A DNA stretch of 64,000 bases from a virus, in IMG/VR virus record IMGVR_UViG_3300023176_002545. The stretch is one strand, 5' to 3'. Position numbers and translations under genes: made by a program. Below are positions 46,518 through 56,168 of this stretch, piece after piece; positions within the stretch are counted from its first letter, which is position 1; every line of letters starts with the position of its first letter. The notes below the pieces were generated by a model that was given only the letters and a program-made list of their open reading frames with translations, made no database searches and was not told where the DNA came from.

Positions 46518-48286
46518 TCCACTATGTCAATGTCATTCTCGTAGTTTGTAAATCCGTTTTCTTTTACAACTTTCATTACATGTGTCACACGTCCAACTAA
46601 TTCGTCTTTGTGTGAAATTAAGAATACATTTTTCTCCTGTTCACGGCCCATCTTCTTAAGAACTGCAAGGCTATTTTCAACACCTGCTGTGTCCATTCCA
46701 CTGTCAATGAGCTCATCAATAAACAATAGATTAATTTTTTGATACAGGCTTTCCCAAACATCGCGGAAAGCAAAACTCATACCAAGTATTAATCTGTTGC
46801 GTTCTCCTCTACTTAGATTATCAAAGTCTAGGTCTTGTCCTAGTTGAGTAATTTCAACGTTCAAATCATTTTGGAATACAACTTGATGGGGCAGTCCTAG
46901 TTTGTCTAAGTAGTAGGTTAATCTGTTGTTCAAATATGCAAGATTCTGATCAATAATTTTCTTACGAATAAACGAGTCTTTGTTTGTTAATAGTTTTAAC
47001 AAGAACTCTTGATGATCTTTAAAGTTTGTAAGATCATTTACCGCTGACCAATCTAGTTCTTGTATAGCAGTATGTTTTAGATCGTCAATTTGTGATTGAT
47101 AAGGATCTTCCTCGCTTGTTTTTCCTTCAAGCGAATGTTTTAGTGCATCAACGTTCTTTCTATGTTCGTATGCTTCTTTAGCAGTTTCATAAAATGTGTT
47201 AGGACGACCGTTGATATCACCAATTTGTTTAAGTTCTAACAACACACTGTCTAGTTTACCAGCAACTTCTGTTTGATATGCTAGTGCATCGTGTAATTCT
47301 TTAGACTTTCTTGACAAAATTTCATCTTTTTTGTCTGCGTGAAGCGGTTGATTACAAGTGTAACACACCGCATCTTCAAGATTTGCGATGTCTTTTTCAG
47401 CTTTTTCAACAGAACCATTGGCACGTAGTAGTGCAGAGTCTAGTGTGCTTTTTTCTTTATTAAGAGCCGTAATTGCTGTGTTTAATTCAGTCCAATTTTG
47501 CAATTTTTCATGTGCTTCTAGTTCTGCTTCAATGTCTAAATGTTCTAGTTCGTCTATGCCTTGTTGCAGTTTAGCAACATCTTGTTGCTTTTTAGCATTC
47601 CATGCACGTTGTTTGCTTTCTAAGTTTGAAATAGTTTCTTCAATCTTTTTATTTGCACTAGTGATAGCATCAATCTTTAGTGTTTCTTCTGTAATTGCAT
47701 CTCTAGTATTGCGAATTTGTTCTTTTAGTGTTTCTGCTTTTTCAGACAGAATAGTAATACCTAGCAACTGTTCAATAATAGCACGTTGATCATTTTGCTT
47801 CATGCTTAGGAACGGTTCTGTGTAGGTATTAAGTGCAACAATATGTTTGAACATATCGTGACTCATGTCTAGCAGTTCATTAATGTCTTCTTGTGTTTTG
47901 CGACTGTCGCCTTGCGACTCGTCAAGCATTTCCTGCTCTTGATTGTTTATATAAAACTTAAGAACGTTAGGACTACGACCACGTTCAATACGATAGTCTG
48001 TACCATTCTTTTCAAAATGAAGTGTAACCAACATGCCTTTGCTGTTAGTTTTGTTAATCAAATTATTGCGTTTAATATTTGTAAGTGCTTGTCCATACAG
48101 TGCATAGCTCAACGCATTGATTATTGTAGTTTTACCTGTACCATTACGTGATCCAGTATCGTCTCCGCCTTGATCTAAATTCTCACCAAGTACAAGTGTT
48201 AGTTGTTCTTTGTTAAAGTCTACAGCCTGGGTTTGATTCCCCACACTCATAAAGTTTTTTACTGTTAGGTCTTTAATTCTAATCAT
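46514..48286 (-). CDS. gp46: Recombination ATPase, Rad50/SbcC-like
   Basis: Walker A NGTGKTT, zinc-hook CYTC, signature LSRGE and Walker B FIDELIDSGMD. Confidence 0.95.
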   Translation of the reverse strand: MIRIKDLTVKNFMSVGNQTQAVDFNKEQLTLVLGENLDQGGDDTGSRNGTGKTTIINALSYALYGQALTNIKRNNLINKTNSKGMLVTLHFEKNGTDYRIERGRSPNVLKFYINNQEQEMLDESQGDSRKTQEDINELLDMSHDMFKHIVALNTYTEPFLSMKQNDQRAIIEQLLGITILSEKAETLKEQIRNTRDAITEETLKIDAITSANKKIEETISNLESKQRAWNAKKQQDVAKLQQGIDELEHLDIEAELEAHEKLQNWTELNTAITALNKEKSTLDSALLRANGSVEKAEKDIANLEDAVCYTCNQPLHADKKDEILSRKSKELHDALAYQTEVAGKLDSVLLELKQIGDINGRPNTFYETAKEAYEHRKNVDALKHSLEGKTSEEDPYQSQIDDLKHTAIQELDWSAVNDLTNFKDHQEFLLKLLTNKDSFIRKKIIDQNLAYLNNRLTYYLDKLGLPHQVVFQNDLNVEITQLGQDLDFDNLSRGERNRLILGMSFAFRDVWESLYQKINLLFIDELIDSGMDTAGVENSLAVLKKMGREQEKNVFLISHKDELVGRVTHVMKVVKENGFTNYENDIDIVE

Positions 48287-49297
48287 TTATAGCTCGTTAT
48301 AGATGTCTAGCAGCATTTTTTTGTCAAAGTTGTCTGTGTCTAATGCTGTAATTTCGCCTGCAACAATTTGATCAACACTTTCAAACTGTGCAATGTCAAG
48401 TTCTGTTGTAATTTCTTCTACCTGCTTCTGAGGAATAAGAGTAATTTCTCTACAACCGTACTCGTTAATAAATGTTTCTTTGATAAAACTTGCTTCCTCA
48501 TATGATAGCGGAAGATCAATAGTTACACGAAGATACATTTTACTTTTAAGAATCTTTTGATTTGGGTCTAGTAGTTCGCTTAGTTTAACTGTGCGATACT
48601 TAGGACACTCTGACCAGTTGATGTACTCTGGCTCTGCATTGTTTTCTTTGTCAAGAATCATCATGCCACGGTCATCATCCCATGCATCTGCATAGTTGTG
48701 TGGAAACGCATTACCAATGTAATGCACTTTGCCTTGCTTTTGACGTTTGTGGAAGTGTCCGCTAAACACATATTCTTGATTTTTAAAATGCTCAGCACGT
48801 AAGTCACCGTGATCCGGCATCTGTACCATAGCATTCATGTAGAAACTTGGAAGTTCAAAATGTCCAAACATATATTTGGTTTTTATATCACTTATCTTCT
48901 TCCATTCATCACCAACAAGCCACGGAACAAGTGCAACGTCATCTTCTATCGTAACTTTATCTACAAATGTAATACCTGGGATATACTTTGCAAATGCAGT
49001 ACTGTTAACATCACGCTTGTCTTTGTAGTACAAGTCGTGGTTACCGTCAAAGAAGTAAAACTTCTCAAATGCTGCACCTAGTTTTTCCATTGAACGTATG
49101 GTTGCATCCATAGTTGTAAGGTTAAGACTGTTACGATTGTGATGCCAATCGCCACAGAAAATACCTGTTTCGCAACCATTTGCTTTTGCTTGTTCAATAA
49201 ACCAATCTACAAATGCTTCGCAGTCGTCATTGTGTGTCTTGCTATTGCCTTTTAGTCCAAAATGGATGTCCGTAAACACCGCTGCTTTCTTAAACAA
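48287..49297 (-). CDS. gp47: Recombination nuclease, Mre11/SbcD-like
   Basis: DIHFG, GDWHH, GNHD, GHFE and SGHFH metallophosphoesterase motifs. Confidence 0.95.
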   Translation of the reverse strand: MFKKAAVFTDIHFGLKGNSKTHNDDCEAFVDWFIEQAKANGCETGIFCGDWHHNRNSLNLTTMDATIRSMEKLGAAFEKFYFFDGNHDLYYKDKRDVNSTAFAKYIPGITFVDKVTIEDDVALVPWLVGDEWKKISDIKTKYMFGHFELPSFYMNAMVQMPDHGDLRAEHFKNQEYVFSGHFHKRQKQGKVHYIGNAFPHNYADAWDDDRGMMILDKENNAEPEYINWSECPKYRTVKLSELLDPNQKILKSKMYLRVTIDLPLSYEEASFIKETFINEYGCREITLIPQKQVEEITTELDIAQFESVDQIVAGEITALDTDNFDKKMLLDIYNEL

Positions 49298-49324
49298 GTC
49301 GTACTTCTCCTGTAGTTTTTTAAT

Positions 49325-49353
49325 ACTATACTATAGCATGCATCAAAAGTCAA
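49325..49353 (-). promoter_or_regulatory. Host sigma70-type promoter TTGACT-N17-TATAGT for gp47-gp46
   Basis: -35 at 49348-49353, -10 at 49325-49330, 17-nt spacer. Confidence 0.75.
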
Positions 49354-49356
49354 CCA

Positions 49357-50184
49357 TTAATCGGATGAATTTTCGTTCAATCTTGCCATTTGTGATTCCC
49401 ATTCTGCATTACCTGTTCGTGTAAACGATGGATTCATTCCGTTTTGTTCAAGTATATCATCTCTGATGTTTTGATTGCGTTTCTCAATATTGATAACACG
49501 TACAAATGAGTTAGTGACAGCCGCTGTGTAGTATGCAAACGGGTTATTAGATTTGCTCTCATCAAATTGCAAACCAATCTGTGCCAATTGGAGGATTGCT
49601 TGTCCACGCATTTCGTCATTATAAGTATATCCTCTTACATTACCACGGGTAGCATAACGATCACACAGTTTCATCCACATAAGGGCTAGTTTATTTGTTG
49701 CTTTACCGTGTTTATGGTCAAAGTTTCCGTTTTCCATACCACCTTGCCAATGGCTTTTCCCTACACAAACAAGCTCATCGGTGTCGTTGAACTTGTAATG
49801 TTGGAACGGTGGAAAGTTTAATTTAACTTTTCGATCTGCATCGTTCTTTGGGTTCTTTTTGCGTCCGGGTTCGTCTGGTATATGATCAAAGGTCATAATA
49901 CGGAAAATTAGTTCTTCTTTGGTTATTTTTCTATAATCTATCTCGCAGTCTGCTTGTTTTACACGTTCTCCGGCTGCTTTACGTGCTTCATAGTCTGCTT
50001 GTGATAATCTTTTAGCCTTGTTTCTTTTGGCCTCTGCAATAGTTCTAATGTTAATTTTGTCTAAACTTGGTAAAATGATGTCATATTGATGATATTCTGG
50101 ATCAACATACGAACAAAATGTATTTTTTGATCTATGTATCTCTGCTAGAATGTCTTTGTTGTTAAGGTAGTTTACTCTTTTCAT
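49357..50184 (-). CDS. gp55: Late-transcription sigma factor, gp55-like
   Basis: VNYLNNKDIL, RGYTYNDEM and FDESKSNNPFAYYT-x4-NSFVR motifs. Confidence 0.85.
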   Translation of the reverse strand: MKRVNYLNNKDILAEIHRSKNTFCSYVDPEYHQYDIILPSLDKINIRTIAEAKRNKAKRLSQADYEARKAAGERVKQADCEIDYRKITKEELIFRIMTFDHIPDEPGRKKNPKNDADRKVKLNFPPFQHYKFNDTDELVCVGKSHWQGGMENGNFDHKHGKATNKLALMWMKLCDRYATRGNVRGYTYNDEMRGQAILQLAQIGLQFDESKSNNPFAYYTAAVTNSFVRVINIEKRNQNIRDDILEQNGMNPSFTRTGNAEWESQMARLNENSSD

Positions 50185-50207
50185 ACCGGCTCCTGTTATT
50201 TGTTACT

Positions 50208-50236
50208 ATTATAATATACTCTGTTAATAAAGTCAA
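50208..50236 (-). promoter_or_regulatory. Host sigma70-type promoter TTGACT-N17-TATAAT for gp55
   Basis: -35 at 50231-50236, -10 at 50208-50213, 17-nt spacer. Confidence 0.8.
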
Positions 50237-50243
50237 CTAAATA
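50237..50243 (+). promoter_or_regulatory. Late promoter CTAAATA for the baseplate operon
   Basis: Recurring motif abutting the divergent sigma70 -35 element. Confidence 0.55.
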
Positions 50244-50263
50244 ATGTATAGGAGACAAGAAAA

Positions 50264-51130
50264 ATGTCATTTAGAAAAGTACTCAATACAGTTCAGCAAA
50301 CAGCAGCTACCGTTAGCACCGGCTTAAGAACTACTCAACAGTTGGCATCAGACATACAGTCTGGCAACGTTGGAAGGATCTTAAGAACAAGCAGATCATT
50401 AGTAAATCTTCTTAACGGTGGCACAAGCGGCAGTGTAACAGAAGCTAATTTTCCAAGCAGTGGCGATTGGCGTGTTAGACTTTCTATGCCTGGACACTCA
50501 ACGTTTACAAGCAGTCCTTTACTTGCACCGTTAAGAAAAACAGGCGGACTTGTTTTCCCTTATACTCCTACAGTTAACATTGTACATTCAGCAAATTATA
50601 ATGCAATAGCACCTACACATACTAATTATCCAACACAAGCATACAGAAATAGTAGCGTAGATCAAATCACAGTATCTGCTCAGTTCTTCAATGAAACAGA
50701 AGAAGAAGGCAAATATTGGCTGGGTGTACTACATTATTTAAGAAGTGTAACAAAAATGGCTTACGGGTCTGGCAACGGAGACATACAAGGTTCTCCACCA
50801 CCTGTACTACGCTTTAGCGGTTATGGCGACTATGTTTTTAACGGCGTTCCGGTAGTTGTACAAAACTTTACAATTGACCTATCTCCTGACACAGACTACA
50901 TAGCAGTCAATCCGGGTGGTGCATCGTCAGCCCTTAGTGCTGCTCTTAGTACAATTGAATCTGTTGCAGGAGGTAGTGTTCCCACATCAAGCAACGGATC
51001 AGTACATGTTCCAGTGCAAAGTTTGGTTAGTATTACATTATTACCTACTTATAGTAGACGTGAACAAGAAAAATTTAGTCTACGTCAATTTGTTAATGGC
51101 GATTTAGTAAGCGGCAAAGGATACATCTAA
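50264..51130 (+). CDS. Baseplate tail-tube initiator/cap, gp48/gp54-like
   Basis: FPYTPTV, ITVSAQF and PPPVLRFSGYGDYVFNGVPVVVQNFTIDL. Confidence 0.7.
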   Translation: MSFRKVLNTVQQTAATVSTGLRTTQQLASDIQSGNVGRILRTSRSLVNLLNGGTSGSVTEANFPSSGDWRVRLSMPGHSTFTSSPLLAPLRKTGGLVFPYTPTVNIVHSANYNAIAPTHTNYPTQAYRNSSVDQITVSAQFFNETEEEGKYWLGVLHYLRSVTKMAYGSGNGDIQGSPPPVLRFSGYGDYVFNGVPVVVQNFTIDLSPDTDYIAVNPGGASSALSAALSTIESVAGGSVPTSSNGSVHVPVQSLVSITLLPTYSRREQEKFSLRQFVNGDLVSGKGYI

Positions 51131-51432
51131 TGGCAGAATATCAAAAATCAAGTCCTTGGGCAAAAACAAACTATAGTTTAAATGGAGCACTAAGTCATTT
51201 TCAAATAAGAACAATCCCTGCAGAAGCTGATGATGTTTTGTATGAGCTAGAACCTCAGTACATCTACAGACCAGATTTGCTTTCTTATGATATTTACGGT
51301 ACTCCAAAATTGTGGTGGGTATTTGCACAAAGAAACATGGATGTTATACAAGATCCTATATATGACTTCATACCAGGAACACAAATATATCTTCCTAAAA
51401 AGGATAATTTACTAAGAGTACTGGGAGTTTAA
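51130..51432 (+). CDS. Baseplate wedge protein, gp53/LysM-like
   Basis: YRPDLLSYDIYGTPKLWWVFAQRN. Confidence 0.75.
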   Translation: MAEYQKSSPWAKTNYSLNGALSHFQIRTIPAEADDVLYELEPQYIYRPDLLSYDIYGTPKLWWVFAQRNMDVIQDPIYDFIPGTQIYLPKKDNLLRVLGV

Positions 51433-51435
51433 CAT

Positions 51436-54072
51436 ATGGCAAGACCTACAGGTGATAGGCTGCTTGAAGGCATCAACAGAGTAGACAATGCCCTTCAACG
51501 AGTAGAACAAGTTGAAAGAACATGGAACGAAGCAGTTAATGCTGTAAACGAAGTTCGTGCCTTAGGACAAGACATTGCAAATACAACTAAAGCTCTAGTA
51601 ACTGATGCTAAAGCCCTTCTTAGCGGTGATATGTTTAAAGGAAGCAGTTTATCAGCTGCACTAAATTCTTTAAATATTTTTCCATCTGCAAAACCAAATA
51701 TACTAGAACAATTTAGAACACACAACTATATTTTTGAATTAAGTTGTCTTAGCCAATCTGATTTTAATGACCCAGGCGGCGGCTATAGAAATAGAGCACC
51801 TAGTCAAGTTATACTAAGAAGCGGTGGTGGTGCAAACCCTAAAGTAACAACTCCGTTTGAAAGAGGCGGCAAAGTTGAATATTTTATTGACAATGTAGAA
51901 ATACAAACAGTAATGGCTAACGCTGATATAACAGGAACAAGTAATGCTACTAGTATTTTGTTTGATGTTACAGAACCGTTGTCAATGGGACTATTTTTAC
52001 AAAGTTTACAAAATGCTGCTTTAACATTGGGATATGCAAACTATCTCGAAGCTCCGTTTATGTTAACAATAGAATTTGTTGGTCATACAGATGACGATCA
52101 AACAATTAACATACCAATTGCTAAACGATATATTCCTATACAGCTATACGAAGCAAAAATGCGTGTTAGTGAAGCTGGCACTGTATACAGTGTTCGAGGT
52201 ATTCCTTATAACCATGCTACTCTTGCAGATAGTGTTAACAAAGTAAATGTTAGTACAACAATTACTATACCTGAAGACGGCGAAGGTACTGTACAAGAAA
52301 TGTTACAAAAAGGTGATACTAGTTTGTCTGGCGTAGTAAACAAGTACTATGCAGACCGTGTTGCAAGTCAACCCAATGCCTCTGTGCAAGAAATTTTTAT
52401 AGTATTTCCAAAAGAATCTGGAGGCGGTGGCGGCGGTCTTGGTTCTATTACTGGAGCAGTAAGTTCAACGTTAGGTGCAACAGCAAGTCCTACAGAACTT
52501 TTAGGAACTATCGGAACAGCAGCAGGAACAGTAAACAATGCAGTAGGACAAATTCGAGGAGGACTGTCAGCATTTAATGTTGATACTTCAAAACTTGATA
52601 AAGTACAAAGCGATTTACAGAATGCAACAGAAATCGCAAATGCAGCTATTCAAGTAGTTAATACTATTAGTTCTTTAGGATCACAAGCAAGCTCTGTTTT
52701 ATCTAGTGCAATAGGAAGAATAGGAGGAGCATTTGCTCCTAAATCGGCTGGAGAATCTCAACAAAGAAGATCAGAAGGTGAAGCAAGAATTTCTCAAGCT
52801 CAATCAGCAGCTGATGCATTTCGTATTGGCGGAGTCCAAGCATCAAGAACAGGAAACACAAATACTTTATATCAAGACGCCGGAAGTTTAAACACTATTG
52901 GTAGTTCAAAAATGGGATTTGAACAAATAAGTCCAGGAAACTCTCCGCAACCATTAGCAGCTGAAACTACAAACGATGATGGCACATTTAAAAGAGGAAA
53001 TGTTACAATTTCTGCAAATAGAAGAGAATATACATTTCCAGCAGGAACTAAAATTACAAAAATAATTGAAGAAGTAATTATATCTTCAGAATGGGGTCAA
53101 AAATTTGCTGAACGTAGAGATAGCCAAGGATTTGTTGAATGGTTTACTATAGATCCACAAGTTTATCTAATTGGAAATTCAGCAACTGATGCTGCTAAAG
53201 GCGGCATGAGCAAAGTTTATGTTTATAGAGTAGTACCTATGAAGGTTCATTCTAGTAAATTTTCTCCGCCGACAGCACAAGGCCAAGGATATGGACAAAT
53301 AGCACCAAATGTAACAAAGGTCTATGATTACATTTATACAGGAAAGAACAAAAGTATATTAGATTTTAATATTGAATTTAATTTAGCATTTGTTACAGCA
53401 GTACAAGCAGACTTGGGTAATAATACAAACACTCAAGGTACTCAAACTACAGAGACTGACATTCCTACTAACTCTCAAACGGCTGAAGGTTCTGCAACAG
53501 CTTCACAAGGCGGAAACGCCGGAGTTGTTACGGCGGTGCAATACAATAATGCTCCGGTTGGTGGTGCAGCAGTTGAAACTCCGCAAATTAGAAGTGCAAG
53601 AATGTTTCATGATGTTATATTAAACAACCAAGCAGATATGGTTGAATTAGATATGACAATAATAGGAGATCCTTATTTTTTAGCAGATAGTGGAATGGGA
53701 AATTATACAGCTGACCTTGGACCAACAACTACAATAACATCAGACGGAACAATGGATTATCAAAGAACTGAAATTGATGTTGTTGTTAATTTTAGAACTC
53801 CGTTAGATTACGGCGGTCCAGGAGGCTACATGGAAATGTTAAGTGATACTGTTCCTGTTGGTCCTTTTAGCGGACTGTATATGGTTACTGACGTAAGGAA
53901 TTCATTTAATCAAGGTGAATTTCAACAAGAATTACATTTAGTTAGAAGAAGAAATCAAGAAGCTGACTTAACAGCCTCTGGCGGTAGCGGAACAATGTTA
54001 GCGTCAACTGATCGTGCAGATCCAAATAGATCTTTAGATCCTACAATGGATGGACAACAACCTCAGGAGTAA
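51436..54072 (+). CDS. Baseplate hub protein, gp27-like (878 aa)
   Basis: Position between the gp53-like and gp5-like genes; FDVTEP and IIGDPYFL...FRTP...FSGLYMVTDVRNSFNQGEFQQELHLVR hub motifs. Confidence 0.65.
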   Translation: MARPTGDRLLEGINRVDNALQRVEQVERTWNEAVNAVNEVRALGQDIANTTKALVTDAKALLSGDMFKGSSLSAALNSLNIFPSAKPNILEQFRTHNYIFELSCLSQSDFNDPGGGYRNRAPSQVILRSGGGANPKVTTPFERGGKVEYFIDNVEIQTVMANADITGTSNATSILFDVTEPLSMGLFLQSLQNAALTLGYANYLEAPFMLTIEFVGHTDDDQTINIPIAKRYIPIQLYEAKMRVSEAGTVYSVRGIPYNHATLADSVNKVNVSTTITIPEDGEGTVQEMLQKGDTSLSGVVNKYYADRVASQPNASVQEIFIVFPKESGGGGGGLGSITGAVSSTLGATASPTELLGTIGTAAGTVNNAVGQIRGGLSAFNVDTSKLDKVQSDLQNATEIANAAIQVVNTISSLGSQASSVLSSAIGRIGGAFAPKSAGESQQRRSEGEARISQAQSAADAFRIGGVQASRTGNTNTLYQDAGSLNTIGSSKMGFEQISPGNSPQPLAAETTNDDGTFKRGNVTISANRREYTFPAGTKITKIIEEVIISSEWGQKFAERRDSQGFVEWFTIDPQVYLIGNSATDAAKGGMSKVYVYRVVPMKVHSSKFSPPTAQGQGYGQIAPNVTKVYDYIYTGKNKSILDFNIEFNLAFVTAVQADLGNNTNTQGTQTTETDIPTNSQTAEGSATASQGGNAGVVTAVQYNNAPVGGAAVETPQIRSARMFHDVILNNQADMVELDMTIIGDPYFLADSGMGNYTADLGPTTTITSDGTMDYQRTEIDVVVNFRTPLDYGGPGGYMEMLSDTVPVGPFSGLYMVTDVRNSFNQGEFQQELHLVRRRNQEADLTASGGSGTMLASTDRADPNRSLDPTMDGQQPQE

Positions 54073-54074
54073 GA

Positions 54075-55652
54075 ATGCCCAATCAAACAAGAACAGCCAA
54101 TAATGTACCTCAAGAGTTAAGTGCTGGCCCATTTAAAGCCAAAGTAATGAAACATCTTGATGGCGGCCGTATGGGCACACTTATGGTTAGTTTAATGAAA
54201 GAAACAGAATCAGGAGATGTCCAAGGTGAAGACAGTCAACTGATAACAGCAAGATATTTAAGTCCGTTTTATGGAACAACCGGTAAACAGGTTTTAAAAA
54301 ACAACAAAGACTTTAATAGCACACAACAAGCATATGGCTTTTGGATGGTTCCTCCCGATGTTGGAACTATTGTTCTTATAATTTTTGTTGAAGGAACAAC
54401 TAAAGAATGTTTTTGGATAGGCTGTGTACAAGATGAATTTATTAATATGCAAGTTCCAGGTGTTGCTCCTGCTACAGATGTTCGTTGGAAAGATGATGAA
54501 CCAGGAGACATTACAGGCAAAAGATTACCAACAGGTGAAATAAACACTGCACTAGAAGAAAACAAAGCTAACAGTAATCCTACATCAATTAAACGTCCAT
54601 ATCATCCACATCAAGCAGCATTTTTGCAAGAGCAAGGATTGCTAGATGATTGGGTAAGAGGAACAACAAGTTCCAGTGCAAGACGTGATATACCTAGTAT
54701 GGTATTCGGAATAAGTTCACCTGGTCCTCTTGATTTTAAAGGTCCTAAAGCAAAATACGGCACACGAAATGACAATGTAATGCGTCCACATGTTAGGATG
54801 GGCGGCACTAGTATTGTAATGGATGACGGTGACGAAACACTACACAGGAAAAAGCCCGCCAGTGAAGGACCTATAGAATATTCTAAAGATGAAAAAACCA
54901 ATATTCCGTACAATGAATTGTTTAGGATTCGTACTAGAACAGGCCATCAAATACTTCTACACAACTCAGAAGATTTAATTTATATTGGCAATGCTAGAGG
55001 AACTAGTTGGATTGAAATGACTAGTAACGGTAAGATTGATATCTATGCCCAAGACAGTGTAAGTATTCATACTGAAAATGATTTTAACTTTAAAGCAGGT
55101 AGAGATATTAACCTAGAAGCAGGTAATGATATTAACCTTGTAGCAGCAAATAACATACAAGGCCAAGCAAGTGCTAATGTTAGTCTTAAAGCAGAAGCAG
55201 ACGGCTTAATTACTGTACAAGGAACACTTAACACTTATAGTTACGGCGACACAATGCTAACAACCGGTGCAAATATGAACCTGCACAGCGATGCTGATTC
55301 TATGTTTACTGCAACTGGCAAGACAAATATCAACAGTGCAGGCCACTACGAAACGGCTGGCGAAATACACATGAACGGTCCTACAGCAGCATCCGCAGCA
55401 ACAGCAGCACAAGCAAGTTCTGCAAACAAACCTGTGCGTGTTCCGTTACATGAACCTTGGTTTGGTCATGAACATTTAGACCCAGAAGCAGTAAAACCTG
55501 ATGCTACAGTAGCAATACCAGGTGATGGTGAACCAAATGAAAACATTGAAGGTAACACTAGAGCAAGTGAAATTGAGAATCTAGATGAAACACGATTCCC
55601 AGAAGAACCACCAGAGTTTCCAACAATTGATGATCCATTTAAGGCTAGTTAA
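54075..55652 (+). CDS. Baseplate central spike, gp5/VgrG-like
   Basis: OB-fold motif GFWMVPPDVG, RIRTRTGHQILLH and beta-helix repeats. No lysozyme domain seen. Confidence 0.8.
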   Translation: MPNQTRTANNVPQELSAGPFKAKVMKHLDGGRMGTLMVSLMKETESGDVQGEDSQLITARYLSPFYGTTGKQVLKNNKDFNSTQQAYGFWMVPPDVGTIVLIIFVEGTTKECFWIGCVQDEFINMQVPGVAPATDVRWKDDEPGDITGKRLPTGEINTALEENKANSNPTSIKRPYHPHQAAFLQEQGLLDDWVRGTTSSSARRDIPSMVFGISSPGPLDFKGPKAKYGTRNDNVMRPHVRMGGTSIVMDDGDETLHRKKPASEGPIEYSKDEKTNIPYNELFRIRTRTGHQILLHNSEDLIYIGNARGTSWIEMTSNGKIDIYAQDSVSIHTENDFNFKAGRDINLEAGNDINLVAANNIQGQASANVSLKAEADGLITVQGTLNTYSYGDTMLTTGANMNLHSDADSMFTATGKTNINSAGHYETAGEIHMNGPTAASAATAAQASSANKPVRVPLHEPWFGHEHLDPEAVKPDATVAIPGDGEPNENIEGNTRASEIENLDETRFPEEPPEFPTIDDPFKAS

Positions 55653-55658
55653 TAGGAA

Positions 55659-55665
55659 ATAAATA
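55659..55665 (+). promoter_or_regulatory. Late promoter ATAAATA, 4 nt before the ATG of gp25
   Basis: Recurring motif. Confidence 0.55.
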
Positions 55666-55669
55666 CGTT

Positions 55670-56110
55670 ATGGCAGATCAAAAACTATATAAAGACGTTG
55701 TAGTTACAACTCCAAAAAGGGCTAATGCTCCTGTTAAAAGCAGAGCTTATCGTGGTCTATCCACAGTAGCAAGAACTGCTGGCAATTCTTCGGTTTACGA
55801 TCTTGAACTTATTAAACAAGATCTTATAAACCATATGCACATTAGACAAGGAGAAAAATTAGAAAATCCGGAGTTTGGCTGCATTATATGGGATTTATTG
55901 TTTGAACCACTTACCGATAATCTAAAACAAGCTATTGCTGACAACATAACAGAAATTGTTAACTACGATCCTAGGATTCAAGTTGATAGAATCATAGTAG
56001 ACGAGTATGAATCAGGTATAATCATCGAATGCGAACTGTCATACTTACCTTACAACATATCAGAACAGTTGGTGTTTAAGTTTGATGAAGCAAACGGCTT
56101 ACTAGATTAA
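55670..56110 (+). CDS. gp25: Baseplate wedge / sheath initiator
   Basis: IRQGEKLENPEFGCIIWDLLFEP...YDPRI. Confidence 0.88.
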   Translation: MADQKLYKDVVVTTPKRANAPVKSRAYRGLSTVARTAGNSSVYDLELIKQDLINHMHIRQGEKLENPEFGCIIWDLLFEPLTDNLKQAIADNITEIVNYDPRIQVDRIIVDEYESGIIIECELSYLPYNISEQLVFKFDEANGLLD

Positions 56111-56131
56111 GTGCGTAGATAATCCAAACAA

Positions 56132-56138
56132 ATAAATA
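56132..56138 (+). promoter_or_regulatory. Late promoter ATAAATA for gp6
   Basis: Recurring motif in the intergenic gap. Confidence 0.6.
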
Positions 56139-56168
56139 CATTATAACTAAGTTAAGGTAAGAAAGCAC

